Shown here piece after piece: positions 44,068-51,265 of a DNA stretch of 64,000 bases; the first letter of the stretch is position 1, and each line of letters begins with the position of its first letter. Below the pieces are notes generated by a model. It did no database searches. It was not told the origin of the DNA and saw only the letters and a list, made by a program, of their open reading frames with translations. The stretch is taken from positions 87,921-151,920 of IMG/VR virus record IMGVR_UViG_3300045988_127492. One strand, written 5' to 3'. The stretch is from a virus. Position numbers and translations under genes: made by a program.

Positions 44068-44109
44068 GTTTACCTCCCGAATGAATAGTAGCAAACATAC
44101 GTTCGGATG

Positions 44110-44334
44110 TCAAGTATCTATATAACAGAAACTTCCGGTTCCTGTATCCACAGTGCAGCAAGCATGTTCATATTTCATGATCAAACGATTGAATTTCTCT
44201 TCTGACATTTTTGTTGTGACCTTAAAAGGATGTGCCCAAGGTGAATCCACTGGCATTCTATTAGGAAGTAAATATACGGGCGTTCCCTTGGAAAGTTCTT
44301 TCTGCGCTTCTCTTCTAGTTACTTTCTTTAACAT
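44110..44334 (-). CDS. hypothetical small protein
   Basis: Internal ATG 44334 used (MLKKVTRREAQKELSKG...). The track's 5' extension lacks an RBS. Confidence 0.5.
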   Translation of the reverse strand: MLKKVTRREAQKELSKGTPVYLLPNRMPVDSPWAHPFKVTTKMSEEKFNRLIMKYEHACCTVDTGTGSFCYIDT

Positions 44335-44441
44335 AAAATCCCTTTCTATAAGTAGCATAATTAAGCATCTTGGAGGAAATCGGGTAGCCCTAGGTTTCAT
44401 GCTACCCTTTTTGAGCAATTCAAGATGTTTAAGTATACTGC

Positions 44442-44807
44442 TTATTCAGCAGTATATTTCGCAAGCTGGTTTAAGCTACCAGCGTAATGAGCTAAGATAA
44501 CTTCATCATCATAAACTTCTGTAGTTCCATTGGAGTTCATAATGCATGATGCAAGATCATAGAGTTCCCAACAATCTGTACTATCTTCATACCAAGAGAA
44601 CATGTTTCCGTTGGCACATGTTATTGTAAGTAAGTCATATCCTGGTTCTGCATCATATTCAATTTCCGTTATAATGCCTGTTAAAGGGTATGTATTTTCA
44701 TAGGTATTCAATCCTAAAACATCTTCACTCCCATCTGTGAGATCTTTAGCTGATACTGGCACTGCTAATATTGCTACAGTTAATAAACATATCAATAATC
44801 TTTTCAT
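44442..44807 (-). CDS. secreted protein (signal peptide)
   Basis: MKRLLICLLTVAILAVPVSAKD from ATG 44807 (AAAGGAAA RBS). Confidence 0.6.
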   Translation of the reverse strand: MKRLLICLLTVAILAVPVSAKDLTDGSEDVLGLNTYENTYPLTGIITEIEYDAEPGYDLLTITCANGNMFSWYEDSTDCWELYDLASCIMNSNGTTEVYDDEVILAHYAGSLNQLAKYTAE

Positions 44808-44821
44808 AATAATTTCCTTTC

Positions 44822-45055
44822 CTATATAAAGTTCACGATTTCTCTTGCTAAATAGCTGTACATGATGGACACTGAGATCCGGTGCCATGATCCATTCTGG
44901 AACATCATTACTGGAATATCAAAAGGATCTTTTGGACGTTCAATACATATGAACTGAAGTCCGTTACCTCTAATAAATAAGGCTCCTTTAGGTACTATGT
45001 AACCCAAAAGAGCCTCTTTCCGTTGTATTCTGACGGTTGTATATTTATAAATCAT
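44822..45055 (-). CDS. hypothetical protein, paralog of the N-terminal half of 47909-48367
   Basis: ...PKGALFIRGNGLQFICIERP...YSYLAREIVNFI versus ...PEGSLFIEAPGKLRFVCCSRN...DTVLAREILEFI. Confidence 0.55.
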   Translation of the reverse strand: MIYKYTTVRIQRKEALLGYIVPKGALFIRGNGLQFICIERPKDPFDIPVMMFQNGSWHRISVSIMYSYLAREIVNFI

Positions 45056-45546
45056 GCTGATTTCCTCCTTGCTATAGATTCGCTCAAAGATACTACAGGT
45101 TTTAGTGTGCTAGCTGCCTTGTCAAAGAAATAGGCATGGCTGTCTAAGACTAAATCATCTCCTACACATACTGCATTCACTTCTCGAATCATCTTATTGA
45201 CACCTGTAGAGTCAGTTCCAGGCATGAGGATCACTTCTTCTGTTGAAGAAGGAATAACAAAGAAACTCCCAATAAGTTGAGCGAAGCGTTCCATTGCTCC
45301 CGGATAAAACAGAGCTATTGCCCCACAAGAAGTTTTGTTGGTTACAACATAACCAGTAGGAGATTTTGGTACAGGAGATGTATAGAATCCTTCATCATTA
45401 AAGGATCCAAAAATAGCAGATTCCATTGTGCAGAGGATTCCCGGATGCTCTGCTTCCAGCTTATCAAGGTAAACTGACTGTCTATCTTCTGTGGTTTCAA
45501 ATGAATCGTTTCCTGAGAATTGCTTATAAAATATATTAAGAGTCAT
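45052..45546 (-). CDS. hypothetical protein, paralog of the C-terminal domain of 23763-24710
   Basis: GAIALFYPGAMERFAQLIGSFFVIPSSTEEVILMPG motif block is shared with 23763-24710. Confidence 0.6.
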   Translation of the reverse strand: MTLNIFYKQFSGNDSFETTEDRQSVYLDKLEAEHPGILCTMESAIFGSFNDEGFYTSPVPKSPTGYVVTNKTSCGAIALFYPGAMERFAQLIGSFFVIPSSTEEVILMPGTDSTGVNKMIREVNAVCVGDDLVLDSHAYFFDKAASTLKPVVSLSESIARRKSA

Positions 45547-45548
45547 GA

Positions 45549-45956
45549 TTAATACCTTCTTTCTAAATAATGTGTTTCGCTTGCAAAGTGGACTAAAGCT
45601 CCCTCTTCACCTGCTTCTATTTCTATAGGCAGAGATTGAGCTTCACTGACAACAGCAGATTTAATATAATCGTCTGCTGTCTTAGATGTGCCATTGTTAG
45701 ACACAACACAAGATACTGTATCTCCTACTGTGAAGCCTTTTCCCTTGTAGTTCCATGTCTGTTTATCAGGAGATACAATGGATACAGAGCGTCCAGAAAC
45801 AAAATAGACAGTGCCTGTCATTGGACGGGTACTATCTTCCTTTGCGTCGGTAGGAATAACTACTGCTAAGAATATTACAGAAGCAATTAATGCTCCTATT
45901 AATGAAGGGATTACTACTTCCTTGATTAATTTCTGTTTTACTTTGTCTATGTTCAT
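45549..45956 (-). CDS. membrane-anchored extracytoplasmic protein
   Basis: From ATG 45956 (GGAGG RBS): N-terminal TM IPSLIGALIASVIFLAVVI followed by a beta-rich domain. Confidence 0.55.
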   Translation of the reverse strand: MNIDKVKQKLIKEVVIPSLIGALIASVIFLAVVIPTDAKEDSTRPMTGTVYFVSGRSVSIVSPDKQTWNYKGKGFTVGDTVSCVVSNNGTSKTADDYIKSAVVSEAQSLPIEIEAGEEGALVHFASETHYLERRY

Positions 45957-46018
45957 AAATTTTCCTCCAATCAAAAAAAGACAACCGGTATTAAACCGAT
46001 TGCCTTGTTAAAAATTTT

Positions 46019-46438
46019 TTAATATTTTTTTTGTACACCTAATACATTCATTAGTGCATCTTGCAAAACCCTTGATACATTTACACCTGCATGTTCTGCT
46101 TCGTAATTTAACCAACTTGGTAAAGCTACATTTCGACGAACAGTTTTAGTATCTATTTTTCTTCTGTACTCAGCAGAATCTACGTCTACCAACGAAATAA
46201 TTGTTTTGCCTTCTCCTGAAAATGTTGTTTTACTTAAATCAATAGTAGACACATCAGATGGTTTAGGAATTTCTTCACCTCCATCTTCCATAGAAACACA
46301 TTTTAATTCGATTGCATCTCTTGCCATTTCAATTGCGTTATTAAAGTCTTTCCCTTCTGTCAAAATTTCTAAATCTGGCACTTCAACCAAAATTGCGCCA
46401 TCAACCTCTGTAAATACTGCTGGGTAAACTCCTTTCAT
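46019..46438 (-). CDS. hicB: HicB-like antitoxin
   Basis: From ATG 46438 (GGAGG RBS): MKGVYPAVFTEVDGAILVEVPDL...AIEMARDAIEL (HicB N-terminal fold pattern), with a C-terminal RHH-like VALPSWL... Confidence 0.65.
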   Translation of the reverse strand: MKGVYPAVFTEVDGAILVEVPDLEILTEGKDFNNAIEMARDAIELKCVSMEDGGEEIPKPSDVSTIDLSKTTFSGEGKTIISLVDVDSAEYRRKIDTKTVRRNVALPSWLNYEAEHAGVNVSRVLQDALMNVLGVQKKY

Positions 46439-46495
46439 AGTATTATTCCTCCACGTGTATGTTCTTTTCATATTATTTATTCCCAAAAGGAAGGG

Positions 46496-46669
46496 TTATA
46501 ATAACCCGTTCCTTCTAAGGATTGCTCTCGCTAATTGCTCATTAATTTCTTTATGTCTTGGTACAGTTTCCCTTTGGTTACCTCGGACATAAATGTCGTG
46601 ACCCGCCCCGTGACGTTCAAAGACGAAACCACCATTTTCTAATCTTTTAACAAGATCCTTTTGCTTCAT
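46496..46669 (-). CDS. hicA: HicA-family mRNA interferase toxin
   Basis: From ATG 46669 (AAAGGAG RBS): MKQKDLVKRLENGGFVFERHGAGHDIYVRGNQRETVPRHKEINEQLARAILR. Confidence 0.75.
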   Translation of the reverse strand: MKQKDLVKRLENGGFVFERHGAGHDIYVRGNQRETVPRHKEINEQLARAILRRNGLL

Positions 46670-46706
46670 CTTTGGTGACCACTCCTTTCTATCTTGTTTG
46701 GTTATT

Positions 46707-46749
46707 ATTATACACACTTTTTACACAATGTCAATAGTTATTGTGTAAT
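46707..46749 (-). promoter_or_regulatory. sigma-A promoter TTGACA-N16-TATAAT with the -35 box centred in a 9-bp inverted repeat (TTACACAAT / ATTGTGTAA)
   Basis: Minus strand reads TTGACA ttgtgtaaaaagtgtg TATAAT. The perfect inverted repeat flanks the -35 box and is a candidate HicB operator. Confidence 0.7.
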
Positions 46750-47009
46750 TAATGTGTATAATCGCTAGCATATCCTACTACTTCACCAGTAAATAGATTA
46801 ATAGCACACTCATAATCTTCTCCCACTACTGGAACCAACAGATTTGCTTTGTGCTTCTGTTTCTTAACGGAAGATTTCCAGAGTAAAGACAGTTCGCTTG
46901 TACTTGGACACAATAAACCTGCGTATCCATAGTCAAGGATCTCACTGTGCCTAAGGACTAAGACAACAGCTTCTTTCTGCCTTGCAGAAAGTGTAGAATA
47001 CAGAGACAT
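46749..47009 (-). CDS. hypothetical protein
   Basis: 86-aa ORF. Confidence 0.5.
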   Translation of the reverse strand: MSLYSTLSARQKEAVVLVLRHSEILDYGYAGLLCPSTSELSLLWKSSVKKQKHKANLLVPVVGEDYECAINLFTGEVVGYASDYTH

Positions 47010-47036
47010 AAAGTCAAAGAGTTCATTGTACTCAAG

Positions 47037-47306
47037 TCATTCTTTCAGCAGCTCTTTAGCTGCATTGATAGATGACCTAAATTCTGCTTTGCCTTCCAGA
47101 ATTTCTGCATAGACATTATTGTGTTCTGCCCACGCTTCATAGTCAGCAAGATACTGACAAAACTGCTCTGGAGAATAGCTGAAAGAGAACTCATCAAGTA
47201 CGTTTGTCCAGTAGTTTCCGTTGTAGATGTAAAGCTCTCTTCCTAATACGGATTTAAGCTCTACTGATGTGATTTCTCTGTTGATGATTCTTGTGTAAAT
47301 AGTCAT
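47037..47306 (-). CDS. hypothetical protein
   Basis: 89-aa ORF with an AGGAGG RBS. Confidence 0.55.
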   Translation of the reverse strand: MTIYTRIINREITSVELKSVLGRELYIYNGNYWTNVLDEFSFSYSPEQFCQYLADYEAWAEHNNVYAEILEGKAEFRSSINAAKELLKE

Positions 47307-47339
47307 AGTAATTTCCTCCTGCCTTTAGGGTGGCAATCC

Positions 47340-47579
47340 CTAATTTTCAGTTATGTAGGTTGCTATTTTTTCCGTACAATCCATACAGAAATCTTTTTCA
47401 TTAATTTCGGCATATTGTGCATCCTGTTTCCGTTCTCTTGTGGATGAGGATACAGAGACTCCAACACACCCAGTTTTCTGTTCATGCACTGGATTTGTAT
47501 GCCGACTAATTGCTATTTTGGTATAGTTTTCACCTTGGATAATTTCTTTCCCACATTTATCACAGATTAATTTACGCAT
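47340..47579 (-). CDS. zinc-ribbon small protein
   Basis: CDKCGKEI ... CMDCTEKI. 79 aa. GGGGG RBS. Confidence 0.55.
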   Translation of the reverse strand: MRKLICDKCGKEIIQGENYTKIAISRHTNPVHEQKTGCVGVSVSSSTRERKQDAQYAEINEKDFCMDCTEKIATYITEN

Positions 47580-47667
47580 AATCTACCCCCTTTATTAATG
47601 CCCTATCAAGGTTTGACCTTGTTTGTTGCACAAACAAACCTACTCCTCGCAGGAATAGAGCATCTGC

Positions 47668-47895
47668 CTAAGTAACTAGACAGTAGAATACAAAGAGAGC
47701 ATTTTCAAAATTGCCTTGTACAGAGACAAATTTTAAGATACTTTCAGAGTATTCTTCTTCTGTCATTTCCTTTTCCCAATATGGACAATGTTTTTTCCAT
47801 GTTGAGTAAGTAGAATAACAATGAGTGAGCAAATAATCGCTCATTTGCCTAACCGCTCTTGCCTTGCGAGAGTTAGACCAGTGTTCATAGATCAT
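47668..47895 (-). CDS. hypothetical small protein
   Basis: Internal ATG 47895 (AAAGGGGG RBS) used. The longer track ORF overlaps the upstream gene by 137 nt. Confidence 0.45.
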   Translation of the reverse strand: MIYEHWSNSRKARAVRQMSDYLLTHCYSTYSTWKKHCPYWEKEMTEEEYSESILKFVSVQGNFENALFVFYCLVT

Positions 47896-47908
47896 AGAAC
47901 ACCCCCTT

Positions 47909-48367
47909 TCATGGTCTGATTTTAGTTCCAGCAGGTTTATGTGATACCTGTGGACGATTTTTGCCTGTAGACCAATAGCATTCATGGAAAGTAACCTCCA
48001 TATCATTGATACCTCCGGCAATGTGAGAATGTTCCCTAAACTCATAACCTACACGACGTTCTTTTGGAATGCATGAATACAGACCTACACACTGAGACGG
48101 TTTGAGTCTCTGTGGGAGATAGAATCCATTCTGTCGAATGAACTCCAGAATTTCCCTTGCAAGTACAGTATCAAAATGGATGATACCTTTTGTCCATGTA
48201 TATACATCATTGTCAGTATTAGACATATATACTCGAATACCTTTATCAAAGTTACGGGAACAACATACAAACCGCAGTTTTCCTGGCGCTTCAATGAAGA
48301 GACTACCCTCCGGAAATTTAATGCCGTAGTGGCGTTCGGCTTTTTTTATAGCTCTGATTTTGTACAT
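47909..48367 (-). CDS. hypothetical protein (paralog of 44822-45055 plus a C-terminal extension)
   Basis: 152-aa ORF with a GGAGGAAA RBS. See 44822-45055. Confidence 0.55.
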   Translation of the reverse strand: MYKIRAIKKAERHYGIKFPEGSLFIEAPGKLRFVCCSRNFDKGIRVYMSNTDNDVYTWTKGIIHFDTVLAREILEFIRQNGFYLPQRLKPSQCVGLYSCIPKERRVGYEFREHSHIAGGINDMEVTFHECYWSTGKNRPQVSHKPAGTKIRP

Positions 48368-48437
48368 GATGATTTCCTCCTGTCATGTTCTTATTCCTAC
48401 CTATGACCGAAGTCATAGGCAGAGTATAAGCCCACGA

Positions 48438-49214
48438 TTATGCTACAGGTGTTTCAACCTCGGTCTTTTCAGCTCTGGACAGCAGATATACACCTAACAA
48501 GTCAGAGATAGCATTAGCTACGGAACGTTTAGAAAAGTCGTTCTTGTAATCGAAATCAGAGACAGTATTCTTGCCGTCTTTAGACTTCACATTACGTCCA
48601 GCTTTTCCACCAAAAGCCGCAAGGAAGTTACGAACATCTTCACCAGCCATGTCGGAGTTTTTGAGCTTTAAGCCATTGAACATATCCCCAGACTGACCAC
48701 AGAACTGATAAAAAGCATCTCTAAGAAGTCTGTTAATGCCTTTAATCTCTTTACCCTGAGTATAATATTTTTTGAGTAAATCACTCATACTGTCAGGAAC
48801 TAACTCTGTCGGGAGCTTTTCAGACACAACTACAGAGTGAATCATCAGAGTTAAGAAGATTTTGTCAGTGTCAGATATCGCCTTGAAACTAGTATCATCA
48901 CATTTGCACTGACTGAGATGGTCAACACATTCTTTATAGTCGTCGCGGAGTTCGGACATTTTGTCTGTACTGCCGGCAAATGCTGTAGACATCTCAGTAT
49001 CAGAAAATTCAAGCCAGTCTTTGCCCGGATACATTTTTTCAGCTTCGGAGACAAGTTCAGAAACTTTTTTACTGTTGACCTGTCTGGACAAAATCCGCTC
49101 TTTTTCAATAGAGTATACTCTAAAAGCAAGAATATCTTTAACTGTCGCCTCTGATTCAGATTTCAAGTTTGCTGGCATAGTCATAGCGTTGAGAATAATA
49201 GTAGATTTTAACAT
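48438..49214 (-). CDS. hypothetical protein, first gene of the leftward transcription unit
   Basis: 258-aa ORF with an AGGAGGAAAAACT RBS. Followed by a UUCG-tetraloop hairpin at 48399-48420. Confidence 0.65.
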   Translation of the reverse strand: MLKSTIILNAMTMPANLKSESEATVKDILAFRVYSIEKERILSRQVNSKKVSELVSEAEKMYPGKDWLEFSDTEMSTAFAGSTDKMSELRDDYKECVDHLSQCKCDDTSFKAISDTDKIFLTLMIHSVVVSEKLPTELVPDSMSDLLKKYYTQGKEIKGINRLLRDAFYQFCGQSGDMFNGLKLKNSDMAGEDVRNFLAAFGGKAGRNVKSKDGKNTVSDFDYKNDFSKRSVANAISDLLGVYLLSRAEKTEVETPVA

Positions 49215-49464
49215 AGTTTTTCCTCCTGTTGCTCTTATGGATAGAACATGACCGTAGTTTTATATTATTGTTTACAGTGTTACTATAATGTCCATGCTAG
49301 GCAATGAACCTAGTTACCGCCTGGTTAGCGGTTCATGGACTGATATTTTATGCCATTGTACCCATTTTCTAGTACAATGCGCTATTAACATTGACGGACT
49401 TTTTATGAGCCATCCCACTATTATAAGGCCTATTGCTTTAATATACCCTTTTTTGCAGAATTTT

Positions 49465-49660
49465 CCCGTCACTCTCAAAACCCACCCGTTAATAAAGACA
49501 CTAGAGAATTGAAACAATTCAGGCACCCGTTGAAACAACGCTATTATTAACAGATTTGATGAAACTATAGATTTATAGTGCAACCGCTCTCACACTTTAT
49601 GAACCTTTTCACTATGGTTCATGGGCTACTATCACCCGTCACTGTCGTTCTATACCCGTC
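49465..49660. repeat. iteron-like direct repeats (C)ACCCGT(C/T) x5 in two 12-nt subtypes
   Basis: CCCGTCACTCTC (49465) / CCCGTCACTGTC (49635). CCACCCGTTAA (49482) / GCACCCGTTGAA (49524). TACCCGTC (49654). Degenerate ACCGT copies at 49731 and 50045. Confidence 0.6.
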
Positions 49661-49905
49661 TCAAGAACTAAACTTTTTTTACCTACCATGCTTTTCACAA
49701 TTTCGCGAACCTTTTTTCTTGCTATTGCAAACCGTCCAGTCGTTTCACTGTTATGAGAATTAAACATAATCAGTATGGATGTACTATTGATATCGGTTTA
49801 GTAATACCGCTTGCTACCTGCTAACAAGTGCCTATGTAGTATTTACGTCCTACATAGTGGACGAATCATTTTTTATCACCTCTTTTTTCCCCTGTCGTTG
49901 ATGTT

Positions 49906-49934
49906 ACTATACACGTGTCACGTGTATTTGTCAA
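49906..49934 (-). promoter_or_regulatory. sigma-A promoter TTGACA-N17-TATAGT with a double CACGTG palindrome in the spacer
   Basis: Minus strand reads TTGACA aatacacgtgacacgtg TATAGT. A 21-nt block TTACTATACACGTGTCACGTG is repeated exactly at 50066-50086. Confidence 0.75.
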
Positions 49935-50067
49935 GAGTTATTTTAAAACTTTTTGAAAAAGTTTTATTTGCTAGTTTACAATTACATATTTGAACACTAG
50001 GTTGTGTAGTGAACTACACTCCCACCAACAAGGACTCTGTGAAAACCGTTCCCCGTTGACACCACTT

Positions 50068-50096
50068 ACTATACACGTGTCACGTGCAAATGTCAA
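50068..50096 (-). promoter_or_regulatory. second copy of the leftward promoter, TTGACA-N17-TATAGT with CACGTGTCACGTG in the spacer
   Basis: Minus strand reads TTGACA tttgcacgtgacacgtg TATAGT, 162 bp upstream of the first copy. Confidence 0.75.
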
Positions 50097-50369
50097 TACC
50101 TTTTTGAAAAAAGTTTTATAATACAGTTTAAAAAGCCGTGAAACCCGTATAAATACAGGCTTTATGGCATGAAAAAAAGTTTTTAGTGAAAAAATTACTT
50201 CCTATTAAAGCGAAAAAATGAGTTTGTCCAGATCCTTAACAGTGAAGTGTGTAAGACATAGTGTATAATATACGTGATGTAATACATACTACAAAAGATA
50301 TATTATATACGTAATGTAATATGTATTACTATAGATAATATGCTAGAATATTCAGATGATATATAAAGT

Positions 50370-50546
50370 TTAATCAATTATATCAGAAATACGTGATTTA
50401 ATGATAGTTGCGCGTGCAATATTATTATCTTTGCAATATTTTTGTAATTTATCGTATTGTGAGTTAGAAAGTCTGATAGTTATTGTTTTTGTGTTATTGT
50501 CGTTCCACTTTTTGTTATATTCTTTCTTATATTCATAATTTGGCAT
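50370..50546 (-). CDS. 58-aa ribbon-helix-helix (Arc/CopG/MobC-like) putative regulator (below the ORF-track cutoff)
   Basis: MPNYEYKKEYNKKWNDNNTKTITIRLSNSQYDKLQKYCKDNNIARATIIKSRISDIID. The beta-strand TITIRLS plus two helices is the classic RHH pattern. GAGGA RBS 9 nt upstream. Confidence 0.55.
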   Translation of the reverse strand: MPNYEYKKEYNKKWNDNNTKTITIRLSNSQYDKLQKYCKDNNIARATIIKSRISDIID

Positions 50547-51236
50547 TAATCTTGTCCTCTTCTTTATAATATTTTCTTAATTGTATTTACAATTCAATAG
50601 TTACATCGAACTTTTTATTCAATTATTTAAATTTGTATATATATTCAGGCTTTTATACAATCGTACATACTAATAGTAGTCAATTTAACCAAAACAATAT
50701 TTATCAGATACAATTGTTGTTATTGCATATAAACTTTATTAATTTAAAGCATCGCATTTATAACGCATTAATATTGTATAAGGGTACTGAATTAATATAT
50801 TAATTTTATACATTTATAACGTGGTGCAGTATTAATTTTATGCATTAGTACAGTTTTAAAAATTTGACGTTTTACAACGGGGCTACGGTAACACGATAAT
50901 TTTTTAACGTTGTAAGTCCCACTATTCCTACTAAATCAGTCAGAAATAGTCATTTTCAGTCCAAAGTGTTCACAAACAGCCACTAAAGGTTTGAAAATAA
51001 GCATTTTCACACCTTTTACAACCGGGGGTACTTATGCCCTGAGATCCCCAGAAATTCAGCGATTCCGCCCTATGCAAGTCTTTTTAGACACCAAGTTCAG
51101 ATTTCAGACCATGTTCCCACTTTCTCCGATCAAAGCTGCTCTCTCACTCAATCCTCAAACCAGAGTTTCTTCCTTATTATATATGTTTTCCGGATCTACC
51201 CTTTTTTATTTTCTAAACCATCTTGTAAAACCCTCA

Positions 51237-51265
51237 TTGACTTTTCTTGTAATCAGTGTTATAAT
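51237..51265 (+). promoter_or_regulatory. sigma-A promoter TTGACT-N17-TATAAT driving the rightward module
   Basis: TTGACT tttcttgtaatcagtgt TATAAT, followed by the palindrome TATCCCgtagGGGATA at ~51271-51287 and the RBS AGGAGG of 51306. Confidence 0.8.

Noticed and set aside
29301-48294. Same-strand ORFs nested in another frame: 29301-29555, 37650-37874, 38163-38345, 38782-38985, 39409-39600, 40509-40718, 48085-48294, 48851-49129.
   Set aside because: They lie entirely inside larger, better-supported ORFs. They show no independent RBS and no recognisable motifs.
2278-49993. Numerous plus-strand ORFs in the leftward-coding 49 kb. Examples: 2278-2556, 2926-3230, 6133-6402, 6495-6818, 11559-11850, 16298-17447, 20206-20532, 32301-32699, 36820-37458, 43240-43721, 44153-44500.
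   Set aside because: Each lies antisense to a longer minus-strand ORF that has homology, an RBS or operon packing. Their products are low-complexity Phe/Leu/Ile/Ser-rich strings, as expected from the antisense of AT-rich genes. No RBS evidence was seen.
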